64,000 bases of DNA from contig CAWDDT010000010.1 in NCBI GenBank assembly GCA_963801165.1, forward strand, positions 192,001 through 256,000, read 5' to 3'. Positions within the stretch are counted from its first letter, which is position 1, and every line of letters starts with the position of its first letter. The position numbers and the translations under genes were made by a program. Below, piece after piece: positions 19,057 through 28,079 of the stretch. The notes under the pieces were generated by a model that was not told where the DNA came from, did not search any database, and saw only the letters and a list, made by a program, of their open reading frames with translations. This DNA comes from an uncultured bacterium. GTDB taxonomy: Bacteria; Actinomycetota; Acidimicrobiia; Spongiisociales; UBA5794.

Positions 19057-19734
19057 ATGCCAAAGCACGGCAAAGCGAGTTTGAGGGGGCTAGTAGCAGT
19101 GGGGGTGATCGCGCTCCTCATGGTCCCGGTCGGTGTGTGGGCCGCCGATCAATTCACCGACGTGCCCGACACACACGTGTTCCACAGCGATATCGGCTGG
19201 CTCGCCGACAACGGGATCACGCTGGGCTGCAATCCGCCGACTAACGATCACTACTGCCCGAGCGACAACGTTACCCGTGGCCAAATGGCCGCCTTCCTGC
19301 ATCGCAGCGCACCGGTCATCACCCGCCTTCTCTATGACGGGAGCAGTGGCGATACCAGTCTCACCGGCGACTATGAGCTTCACCGGGCGGTCGGCACCTT
19401 CACGAAGGTGTCCGACGGTACCGCCGTCTTGCTCAACTGGAACGCCCACGCCGACAAGGATCCGTCCGGGTTCTGCGAATGGCAGTTGCGCATCGACGGT
19501 TACAAGGACAACGGCAGCAACTCGACCTCGTACGAGAATTCCGGAGCCGGTGTAGTCGTCTACTCGGAGAACGATGCGATATCGGTGACGGGTCTCTTCA
19601 CCGGACTGGCCAGCGGTGATCACACCGTGGAGATCTGGCTGCGTGGCAGCTCCTCATACTGCGGCCTGAATTCCGGCGACTTCGGGCAGACCGTCATCGT
19701 CACCGAGACACCGTACCGCGAGGGAACCCCGTAG
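19057..19734 (+). CDS. Secreted SLH-like domain protein
   Basis: Signal peptide; FTDVP..HVF..DI.WLA..GITLGCNPP..YCP..VTRGQMAAFLHR. Confidence 0.8.
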   Translation: MPKHGKASLRGLVAVGVIALLMVPVGVWAADQFTDVPDTHVFHSDIGWLADNGITLGCNPPTNDHYCPSDNVTRGQMAAFLHRSAPVITRLLYDGSSGDTSLTGDYELHRAVGTFTKVSDGTAVLLNWNAHADKDPSGFCEWQLRIDGYKDNGSNSTSYENSGAGVVVYSENDAISVTGLFTGLASGDHTVEIWLRGSSSYCGLNSGDFGQTVIVTETPYREGTP

Positions 19735-19893
19735 CGGATTAGGAGGGCGGCTTAGTCGCCGTGAAGGCTCGCAATGCCCCGAAATCTCGAGGCTGTCGAC
19801 TCGGCCATCGAGCTTTGAGCTGGAATTATTCAGCCCACTCCTAATCCGGAGCGTATCGGTCGGCAGGGTGGGGAGTGGCCGGCGCTGGCGCTA

Positions 19894-19915
19894 TCGAACA
19901 TATGTTCGATACAAT
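19894..19915 (+). promoter_or_regulatory. LexA SOS box (TCGAAC-ATAT-GTTCGA) abutting a TACAAT -10 box
   Basis: Perfect actinobacterial/Gram-positive SOS palindrome at 19894-19909, directly upstream of dnaE2. Confidence 0.9.
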
Positions 19916-19924
19916 GTCGATCCC

Positions 19925-22900
19925 ATGGTTCGATACGCCGAGCTGCATTGTCACACCAACATGAGCTTTCTCGACGGGGCTTCGCATCCCGCCGAGATGG
20001 TCGCCGTGGCCGCAGAGTTGGGGTATGCGGCGCTGGGAGTGACCGACCACGACGGTTTTCGCGGTGTCGTCAAGGCCCACCAGGCAGCACGCGAGTTGGG
20101 GGTGCCGGTCGTCTACGGCACCGAGATAGGCCTCCCGCTCAGTCCACCCGCCGAAGGTGGGGGGAGGGGGGTCGGCCGAAGGCCTGTGCCGAGCTCGTCT
20201 CCTACCCCAGACCAGCCCCACCGCCGCGGCCGGATCCGGCGGATGCATGGATCCAAGCCGGTGAACAAGCCCGAGACCGATCATGTGGTGCTGCTGGCGC
20301 CCGACCCGAGGGGCTACGCCGCCATAGCCCGGATGATCACGACAGGGCAGTTCCGGGGGGAGAAGGACAGCCCGGTCTACAGCTACCGCGATCTCGAGGA
20401 GGCCTCCCGCCACGGCAACCTGGTGGCGTTGTCGGGTTGCCGCAGCGGAGCCGTCAACCGGGCGGCCCTGGCCGGCGATCTCAACAAGGCGCTCGGGGAG
20501 GCGGAGCGGCTCAAAGACCTGTTCCCGGGACGGTTCTACCTGGAGGTGTGGGACCACGGGATGCCGGAAGACGATCTTCGCAACGACATGATCGCCGAAG
20601 TCTCCCGGATAGCCGGGGTGCCTCTGGTGGCCACCAACAACGTTCACTACGCCCGACGTCACGATGCCGATCTCGCCGAGGTGCTGGCGGCAATCGCCGG
20701 ACGCCGTGATCTCGACACGGCAGACGGTTTCCGCCCAGCCACCGATCAGAGATACCTTCGCTCGCCGGCCGAGATGCACCGGCTGTTGAGTCGGTACCGG
20801 GGAGCAGCGGAGACCGCCGCCGAGCTGGGGGAGAGCCTCGCTTTTGATCTCGACCTGGTGGCGCCGGCGCTACCCGACTTTCCTATGCCGGGGGCGTTCA
20901 CCACCGAGATCGAATACCTCACCCACCTCGCTTTCGAGGGTGCCTGCACGGTCTACCCCGGTGAGGGTGGGCGTACCGACCCCCGGGCCAGGACGAGGCT
21001 GGAGCACGAGCTCGGGGTCATCAATGAGCTCGGTTTCGCCGGGTTCTTCCTCGTCGCCTGGGACATCGTGCAGTTCGCCCGCTCGCAGGACATCTACTGC
21101 CAGATTCGCGGTTCAGGCGCCGACTCGGCTGTGTGCCGTTGCATCGGTCTGACCCGGGTCGATCCGATCCGGCTCAACCTCCCCTTCGAGCGGTTCCTGT
21201 CGGCGGAGCGGGGCCGTCCCCCCGACATCGACATCGACTTCGAGGCGGAGCGTCGCGAGGAGGTTATCCAGTACTGCTACCAGCGCTACGGCAGGGAGCG
21301 GGCCGCCATGGTCGCCAACGTAATCACCTATCGGGCACGCTCGGTGCTCCAGGACGTCGGTAAGGCGTTCGGTCTCACCCAGGCTCAGGTCAATGGTCTC
21401 ACCAAATACCTCGATACCCGCAGCCCGCAGGCGATCCGCAACGAGGTCGAGCTACCAGCGGGACTGACCGCCGAGCACATCTACGACGTCTGCACCCGGC
21501 TCGACGGATTCCCCCGTCATCTCGGCATCCACTCCGGGGGGATGGTCGTTTCGCAACATCCCTTGTGGAACGTGGCGCCGCTGGAGTGGGGGCGGATGGA
21601 GGATCGCTCGGTGTTGCAGTGGGACAAGGACGACTGTGCCGCCATGGGTGTGGTCAAGTTCGATCTGCTGGCCTTGGGAGCGCTCAACGGGATGCACCTC
21701 TCGGTTGACCTGATCAAAGAGGTCCACGGCATCGACATCGACCTGGCCACCATCCCGCAGGAGCCGGTCATCTACGACATGCTGACACGGGCAGATACCG
21801 TCGGGGTGTTCCAGGTGGAGTCACGGGCCCAGATGGCGACTCTGCCCAAGATGAAGCCACGCACGTTCTACGACCTCGCCATCGAGGTGGCGTTGATCCG
21901 ACCCGGGCCTATCCAGGGGCACTCGGTCCATCCCTTCCTGCGCCGCCGTAACGGTCTCGAGCCGATCTGTTTTCCGCATCCGACAGCAGAGCCGATCCTG
22001 AAGAAGACGCTCGGGGTCCCCGTTTTTCAGGAGCAGCTCATGGAGTTGGCCCGGGTGTGCGCCGGGTTCACCGCCGGTCAATCCGATCGACTCCGCCAGG
22101 CGATGACCCACAAACGCTCGGACGAGGAGATGGCCAAGCTCCGCGACGAGGTGTACACCGGGATGGCCGGTAACGGTGTTGTCGGAGCCGCTGCCGATGA
22201 GATCTGGGAGAAGCTCCAGGGATTCGCCTCGTTCGGCTTTCCCGAGAGTCACTCGGTCTCGTTCGCCTACATCGTGTACGCCACCTCCTGGTTGAAGTAC
22301 CACTGGCCCACCGAGTTCTTCGCCGGGCTGCTCAACGCCCAGCCGATGGGTTTCTACACCCCGAACACACTCGTGCAGGATGCCCAACACCACGGGGTGG
22401 TGGTGCTGCCGCCGGACATCAACCAATCCTGGTACGACTGCACGGTCGTCCCGTATCCGGTGCCCCGCAACGGCACGAGCGACTATCTCGGTGCCCGGTG
22501 GCGGGACGGTCAGGGCTCGATAGACGATCCGATCCGGATCCCGGTGGCGCTGCGGATCGGGCTGCGCTACGTGCGCAATCTCGGAGACAAGGAGATCACC
22601 AGGATCGAGGCCGCCCGTCAGATCGGCGGGCCGTTCGACAACCCGGAGGATCTGGCGCAGCGAACCGGCCTCGACGTGGGTGCTTTCGAGGCTCTGTCCG
22701 CCTCCGGGGCGTTGGTTCCGCTCGGGCTGGGCCGTCGTGAGGGTATCTGGGCGGCGGGGGCGCTCGCCGGATTGGGGCCGGGAAAGCTGGCCCTGGGAGA
22801 TGGAACGCAACCACCCGAGCTCAGCGAGATGACGCCACCGGAGGTGATGCAAGCACAGCTGTGGTCGACCTCGATCTCACCAACCCATCCCGTCAGTTTT

Positions 22901-23239
22901 CTACGTGCCGAACTGGAGAGGATCGGATGTATGGAGATCAGCGACGTCCTGGCGTTGCACATACACGGCAAGCGGGGGAGGGTCGGGGGTCTGATCACCC
23001 ACCGACAACGACCCAGCACCGCCCGTGGGGTGCGCTTCCTCAACCTCGAGGACGAGACCGGTCTGCTCAACGTCGTTGTCCTTCCCCAGGTGTGGGATGC
23101 AAACTACGAGATCGCCAGGAAAGCAATCGGGGTGGTGATCGACGGTGTTGTCGAATATCAGGACGGGGTCACCAACTTCGTCGCTCACCGCTTCGAGCAT
23201 TGGCCGGTGGAGGGCATTAAGTCACGAGACTTCCGGTGA
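19925..23239 (+). CDS. dnaE2: Error-prone DNA polymerase DnaE2
   Basis: PHP motif ELHCHTNMSFLDGAS, PPDIDIDF, FGFPESHS and the C-terminal SRDFR signature. Confidence 0.95.
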   Translation: MVRYAELHCHTNMSFLDGASHPAEMVAVAAELGYAALGVTDHDGFRGVVKAHQAARELGVPVVYGTEIGLPLSPPAEGGGRGVGRRPVPSSSPTPDQPHRRGRIRRMHGSKPVNKPETDHVVLLAPDPRGYAAIARMITTGQFRGEKDSPVYSYRDLEEASRHGNLVALSGCRSGAVNRAALAGDLNKALGEAERLKDLFPGRFYLEVWDHGMPEDDLRNDMIAEVSRIAGVPLVATNNVHYARRHDADLAEVLAAIAGRRDLDTADGFRPATDQRYLRSPAEMHRLLSRYRGAAETAAELGESLAFDLDLVAPALPDFPMPGAFTTEIEYLTHLAFEGACTVYPGEGGRTDPRARTRLEHELGVINELGFAGFFLVAWDIVQFARSQDIYCQIRGSGADSAVCRCIGLTRVDPIRLNLPFERFLSAERGRPPDIDIDFEAERREEVIQYCYQRYGRERAAMVANVITYRARSVLQDVGKAFGLTQAQVNGLTKYLDTRSPQAIRNEVELPAGLTAEHIYDVCTRLDGFPRHLGIHSGGMVVSQHPLWNVAPLEWGRMEDRSVLQWDKDDCAAMGVVKFDLLALGALNGMHLSVDLIKEVHGIDIDLATIPQEPVIYDMLTRADTVGVFQVESRAQMATLPKMKPRTFYDLAIEVALIRPGPIQGHSVHPFLRRRNGLEPICFPHPTAEPILKKTLGVPVFQEQLMELARVCAGFTAGQSDRLRQAMTHKRSDEEMAKLRDEVYTGMAGNGVVGAAADEIWEKLQGFASFGFPESHSVSFAYIVYATSWLKYHWPTEFFAGLLNAQPMGFYTPNTLVQDAQHHGVVVLPPDINQSWYDCTVVPYPVPRNGTSDYLGARWRDGQGSIDDPIRIPVALRIGLRYVRNLGDKEITRIEAARQIGGPFDNPEDLAQRTGLDVGAFEALSASGALVPLGLGRREGIWAAGALAGLGPGKLALGDGTQPPELSEMTPPEVMQAQLWSTSISPTHPVSFLRAELERIGCMEISDVLALHIHGKRGRVGGLITHRQRPSTARGVRFLNLEDETGLLNVVVLPQVWDANYEIARKAIGVVIDGVVEYQDGVTNFVAHRFEHWPVEGIKSRDFR

Positions 23240-23360
23240 ACGTGGCACGCCCGGTTCGTGCGTAGACCGTGCCGGGATGCCGGTCTCACATACGCCGGAA
23301 GCAGGACGACAGGGTCTGGATCGCTACTCTTTGCCCAAGCGATCGGAAGAGAGAGCCAAA

Positions 23361-24692
23361 GTGCGGGTTGTGATCGTCGGTGCCGGTCATGACGGTTCCT
23401 ATCTGGCCGAGAGACTCGTCGCCGAGGGCCAGGAAGTCGTCATCATCGAGGTCGACGAGGACAAGGCGGCACGGATCCAGGAGCGGCTCGACGTGCTCAT
23501 GGTCCACGGCAACGGTGCCAGCCCCACCGTGCTGCGCCGGGCCGGTGTGGAGCAAGCGGGTCTGTTTCTGGCCGTCACCAACAACGACGGTGCCAACGTG
23601 CTCGCGTGCCGGGGAGCGAAGGCGCTCGGGGTGCGGAGAACAGTGGCCCGTGTCGAGGACCCCGATCTGCGCGAGGTGTCGCCCGGTCTTGGTGTCGATG
23701 TCGTCGTGGATGCCCGTATTTCCACGGCGCGCCAGGCAGCCATGTTGGCCCAGCATGCCGGCGTCACCGAGTATGCGGACTTCGCCGGGGGCAGGCTCAG
23801 CCTGGTGGCCGGTGTGGTCACCGCCGGGTCTCCGGCCGACGGCCATTCGGTTCTGGACCTGCGGCAACGGGTGTCCGGGAAGTGGCACTTCATCGTGGCC
23901 GCGGTCGTCCGTGGTGAAGAAACCCAGATAGGTCGCGGCGAGACGCGCGTCGAAGCGGGAGACCACATTGTGGTCATGGTGGAACATGGCCGCGTGCGGG
24001 ATGCGATCGCAATGTTCGGCATAGATGTGGAGCCCATCTCCCGGGTGATCATCCTCGGCGGCACGCGGATTGCCGAGATGACCGCGGAGATTCTCCTCGA
24101 CGCCGGCTATGAGGTGCTGATTGTCGAGGCCGACCCGGAACGGGCGGCTCTGATGGCCCGCCGGTGCCGGGCCTGGATCCTGCAGGCGGAGCCCACCGAT
24201 GCCGATTTCCTGACCTCGCTACGGTTGGGTCGTGGCGACGTGGTGGTAGGTCTGTCCGGTCTCGACGAGAAGAACCTCATGGGGTGTCTCGTGGCCGGTG
24301 CGGTGGGCGCTCCGAAAACGATTGCCCGGTTCGGTCACCGATCTGTGGCCGGGCTGCTGCGCAACGTTGGAATCGATGCGACGCTGTCGTCGCGGGTGGC
24401 CGTGGCGAACATGATCCTGCAGTTCGTACGCCGCGACCGGATCCTCTCGGTGGCGACCGTCAAGGACACAGACGCCGAAGCTCTCGAGATCGAGATCGCC
24501 GGGGACTCTCCATCGGCCGGGGTGGCCCTGGTCGACCTCGACCTGCCCCGGGATGCAGTCCTCGGTGGCATCGCCAGGGGAGACCACGTAATCGTCCCAA
24601 GGGGCGATACAACGCTGATGGCAGGGGACCATGTCGTGATCTTCGCCAAGAGCGAGGCCATCGACGCCGTAGAGAAGCTTCTGCTTCCGTGA
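23361..24692 (+). CDS. trkA: Trk potassium uptake protein TrkA (tandem RCK domains)
   Basis: VIVGAG..G and IILGG.RIA Rossmann motifs, RCK_C motif PRGDT.L.AGD; upstream of trkH. Confidence 0.9.
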   Translation: MRVVIVGAGHDGSYLAERLVAEGQEVVIIEVDEDKAARIQERLDVLMVHGNGASPTVLRRAGVEQAGLFLAVTNNDGANVLACRGAKALGVRRTVARVEDPDLREVSPGLGVDVVVDARISTARQAAMLAQHAGVTEYADFAGGRLSLVAGVVTAGSPADGHSVLDLRQRVSGKWHFIVAAVVRGEETQIGRGETRVEAGDHIVVMVEHGRVRDAIAMFGIDVEPISRVIILGGTRIAEMTAEILLDAGYEVLIVEADPERAALMARRCRAWILQAEPTDADFLTSLRLGRGDVVVGLSGLDEKNLMGCLVAGAVGAPKTIARFGHRSVAGLLRNVGIDATLSSRVAVANMILQFVRRDRILSVATVKDTDAEALEIEIAGDSPSAGVALVDLDLPRDAVLGGIARGDHVIVPRGDTTLMAGDHVVIFAKSEAIDAVEKLLLP

Positions 24693-26143
24693 TCGCATCG
24701 GCCGTTCGCCGCCGACTGATCGTTGTGGTTGCCGCCGTGATCGCGGCCGGGGGTGTGGCCACGCTGCCTGCCGTCCTCGCCGGCGTGATCTACCGGGAAT
24801 GGTCCGATGTCCTGGCGCTGCTGGTGACCGCCGCACTGGGGCTGTCAATCTGGTTGCTCGGGCGCCGGCACACGGAGGTGAAAGGAACCCTCACCTCGAG
24901 TGAGGGGTTTGCGGTAGTGGCGCTGGCGTGGTTCCTGCTCACGGTCTTCGGGACGCTGCCGTATCTGCTGAGCGGGTCGCTCCACGGTCTTGTGGATCCG
25001 CTGTTCGAGACCGCGGCCGGGTTCACGACGACCGGAGCGACTGTACTGGCCGATCCCGGGGTGCTCTCGCATGCGATGCTGATCTGGCGTGCGACCACAC
25101 AGTGGGTGGGGGGTATGGGAATCATCGTGCTATCGATAGCGGTACTCCCGATGCTGGGCGCAGGTGGTGTCGAGCTGGCCCGAGCCGAAGCGCCCGGCCC
25201 GGAGCCCGATCGGATGACGCCGCGCTTCCGGGACACGGCGGAGCGCCTCTGGTGGCTGTATGTCGGTCTCACCGGCGTGCTGGTCGTGTTGCTCGCGGTC
25301 GGAGACATGAGCCTGTTCCAGGCAGTGGCTCACGCCATGACCACGATGCCGACCGGCGGCTTCGGGACGGAGGCTGATTCGCTGGCCGGGTTCGCCCCTT
25401 ATACCCAGTGGGTGGTCATCGTCTTCATGGTGATCGCCGGCACGTCCTTTGCCCTGCATTTCCGCGCCTGGCGGCATCCTCGCGCCTACCTGGACAACAG
25501 CGAGTTCGTCGCATATGTCTCGATACTCGGGACAGCGGGTGCGGTGATTGCTCTGGGGAGCTGGTCCCTCGGCAGCGGGGTCGAGCAACGGGTACGCGAC
25601 GCAGTGTTCACGGGGGTGACCACCGTTACCGGCACCGGTTATTCCACGGTGAACTGGGCGTCGTGGGCTCCCGGGCTGGTGCTCGTGCTGTTGCTGCTCA
25701 TGTTCCTCGGCGGCATGGCCGGGTCAACGTCCGGTGGGGTGAAGACCTATCGGCTCGGAATTGCTTACAAGAGCGTCGCGTCCAACCTGCGCCGCATCGT
25801 CTACCCGCGGGTCGTCCCCGTCGAGCGCTACGGCGGCAAGCCGGTCGAGCCCAGGTTGGTGCAAGGGGTGATGGCCTTCTTTGCCTTGTACCTAGGGTTC
25901 TTCGTCGCCGGGTCGATCGCGCTCGGCTTCCTCGAACCCGGTCTCGACGCATTGACGAGTATCTCGGCGGCGGCGTCCGCCCTCGGCAACGTTGGCCCGG
26001 CTCTCGGCCGCGTCGGGCCGGCGGGGAGCTACGCCGGTCTCGGTGCCGACGGCAAGCTGGTCCTGTCTTTCCTGATGGTTGTCGGCAGGCTGGAGATCTA
26101 TCCGGTGGTGATCCTGCTCACCCACCGCTGGTGGCGTCACTGA
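24689..26143 (+). CDS. trkH: Trk potassium uptake membrane protein TrkH
   Basis: GFTTTGAT, QWVGGMG, TGGF, GSTSGGVK, GNVGP and GRLEI motifs; GTGA overlap with trkA. Confidence 0.92.
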   Translation: MIASAVRRRLIVVVAAVIAAGGVATLPAVLAGVIYREWSDVLALLVTAALGLSIWLLGRRHTEVKGTLTSSEGFAVVALAWFLLTVFGTLPYLLSGSLHGLVDPLFETAAGFTTTGATVLADPGVLSHAMLIWRATTQWVGGMGIIVLSIAVLPMLGAGGVELARAEAPGPEPDRMTPRFRDTAERLWWLYVGLTGVLVVLLAVGDMSLFQAVAHAMTTMPTGGFGTEADSLAGFAPYTQWVVIVFMVIAGTSFALHFRAWRHPRAYLDNSEFVAYVSILGTAGAVIALGSWSLGSGVEQRVRDAVFTGVTTVTGTGYSTVNWASWAPGLVLVLLLLMFLGGMAGSTSGGVKTYRLGIAYKSVASNLRRIVYPRVVPVERYGGKPVEPRLVQGVMAFFALYLGFFVAGSIALGFLEPGLDALTSISAAASALGNVGPALGRVGPAGSYAGLGADGKLVLSFLMVVGRLEIYPVVILLTHRWWRH

Positions 26144-26209
26144 GAAACGCCACCGGTATGGTGCGTCCGGCAAGTCGCCAGACCGGCTAGGAGGGTCTAG
26201 TTCAGGCCC

Positions 26210-27919
26210 TTAGAGCGTGAGTGTGTGCTCGCCGTCGCCATTCGAGTAAGAGATCTCGAAGGCAAACGTGGTCAAGTCAGCCGTCAGGGAAGCCCAATGG
26301 TCGCCCCTGGTCCAGGTGAGGTTGAGTCGGCTTTCCGTTGAATCATCGATGTTGAGCCGGGAGTCGGAGCCGAAAGCCGGAAACGTGTTTCTGAACCGCA
26401 AGAGCTCCAACTGGCGCTGCACGACGGGCAGCTGCAACCTCGAGCGAATCTCGGCCGTCGACAGGTTGGTTCGGTTGATCTCCTTGTGGCCACCTGCCCG
26501 GGCCGCCTCGTGGTCGTTGGTGCCTGCGAAAAGGTCGAGATACCAAACCTCCGGTACGCCGGGCATGAACATCTGGATGGCCCTTGCCAGCATTAGCTTG
26601 TCATCGTTCTCACCCAGGGCGCTGTAGAAGGTGGCGTTCACCTGGTAATACGCGATCTTCTTGCCATCCGGCCCGAAGAGATCCTTCACCATGCCGCCCC
26701 GGTCGAGGATGACATCGATCAAGCGGTCGATGGATTGGTCGGTCAGTAGGCCCTTCATGTCCAGGAGAGGAATTCCGTCGTGACAGCCGAGCATGTTGAC
26801 GGTTACGTACTGCTTCTCCACCACTTCCCGCATCCACTCGATCAGGTGGCCGTGCCTGCCGGTCTCGAGTGCGTCGATCACGAGTCCTGGGAAGAAGAAG
26901 TCGTAGAACGCATAGCCGTTGCCGGCCAGCTTCTCATGGATCCGCTCGTCATATCGGGAATGGATTTCCGGCAGCAGCAACAGGTCGAACTTCGCAGCAA
27001 TCTGCCTGAGCCGATTGATGTAGTCCCACGTGCCGGGCTCGTTGAAGAAGTTTCGCAGCCCAACCTGTTTGTGGAGGTATGCGAAAGCGTCGAGGCGGAT
27101 GATCCTCGCCCCGTATTCCTTCATCCGTCGCAACGATGCGTCGTAGTAGTCCCACACGTCGTCCGACCTCGCGTTCAGATCCATCTGGCCGAGGTACCGG
27201 GTGCAGCTGCGTTTGACGTACTCGACAATCTCGGGTCGAAGGTGGTTGTACTCGCCGAGGTCGATGTCGTGTATGGGCTCGCCGTTCCCGGCGTAATCGG
27301 CGATGTGCCCGGCGATCGCCCCGGCAGCCTCCTCCGGCAGGCCCACGGCGGAACGCAGATCCGAGGCCTCTGGAGGAATCACGGTCACCTGCTGGTAGAA
27401 CGTGTTCCAGTAGAACCGACTGGAGCCGTCGGGGAAGGGCACCTCGAGGATGGGAAGCCCGGGCTTGCGCATGAAGAGCTTCTCGAGGTGCACCCGGTTT
27501 GGGATCACGTAGCCGTCAGGGCCGACTTCTCCGTTCCCTTCCCAGAACTTGTTCCAGTCGATGAAAAAGTCGACGAAGCCAGAGTCGTCACCGTTCTCCA
27601 AGATGTCTTTGAACTGGGGAGACTGCACCGATATGTGGTTCAGAACGAAGTCCAGCTTCAGATCGAGACCGAGTTCGCGGAGGTCCCGCAGGTCTGTTTC
27701 GCTGGCAATGACGCCGTTGATTCCGTAGTCGACAATCGAGAACCCGCGATCTAGATCCGAGTTATACAGCGAAGGCAGGATGTAGAAAAGCGAGAAAGCG
27801 CCGTCGAGTGCCTTTCCCGGACTCAACAAACCCACGATCGCACCCAGGGTGCCACCACAGCTGTCGGGGTATGCGTTGAACATGACTCCGTCGGGCAGTA
27901 GATCGCCGCTTGGCCTCAT
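26210..27919 (-). CDS. GH13_18 glycoside phosphorylase (sucrose/glucosylglycerate phosphorylase family)
   Basis: NAYPDS, DFVLNH, QMDLN, RLDAFAY, LPEIH, CHDGIP and YYQVN motifs. Confidence 0.85.
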   Translation of the reverse strand: MRPSGDLLPDGVMFNAYPDSCGGTLGAIVGLLSPGKALDGAFSLFYILPSLYNSDLDRGFSIVDYGINGVIASETDLRDLRELGLDLKLDFVLNHISVQSPQFKDILENGDDSGFVDFFIDWNKFWEGNGEVGPDGYVIPNRVHLEKLFMRKPGLPILEVPFPDGSSRFYWNTFYQQVTVIPPEASDLRSAVGLPEEAAGAIAGHIADYAGNGEPIHDIDLGEYNHLRPEIVEYVKRSCTRYLGQMDLNARSDDVWDYYDASLRRMKEYGARIIRLDAFAYLHKQVGLRNFFNEPGTWDYINRLRQIAAKFDLLLLPEIHSRYDERIHEKLAGNGYAFYDFFFPGLVIDALETGRHGHLIEWMREVVEKQYVTVNMLGCHDGIPLLDMKGLLTDQSIDRLIDVILDRGGMVKDLFGPDGKKIAYYQVNATFYSALGENDDKLMLARAIQMFMPGVPEVWYLDLFAGTNDHEAARAGGHKEINRTNLSTAEIRSRLQLPVVQRQLELLRFRNTFPAFGSDSRLNIDDSTESRLNLTWTRGDHWASLTADLTTFAFEISYSNGDGEHTLTL

Positions 27920-28079
27920 CCTCGTCTCCGTTGTGCTTGTCGCCGTTCTCGTGGGACGCCCCCCGGGATACCGGCGTCTCGTCTCGTGATCATGAGGAGG
28001 ATACGTCGCAGCTCGAACGAGGGTCTCATCTGCAACTCCTGGTCATGGCCTGCGCCTGCATCTCGGGGAGTCCTGTGGG

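Noticed and set aside
23240-23360. c-di-AMP (ydaO) riboswitch upstream of trkA
   Set aside because: None of the conserved ydaO sequence blocks are recognisable.
24164-24688. N-terminal extension of trkH given in the ORF track (likewise 23145, 46160 and 59965)
   Set aside because: It overlaps the upstream gene; downstream starts with 4-nt overlaps or -10 boxes fit the families better.
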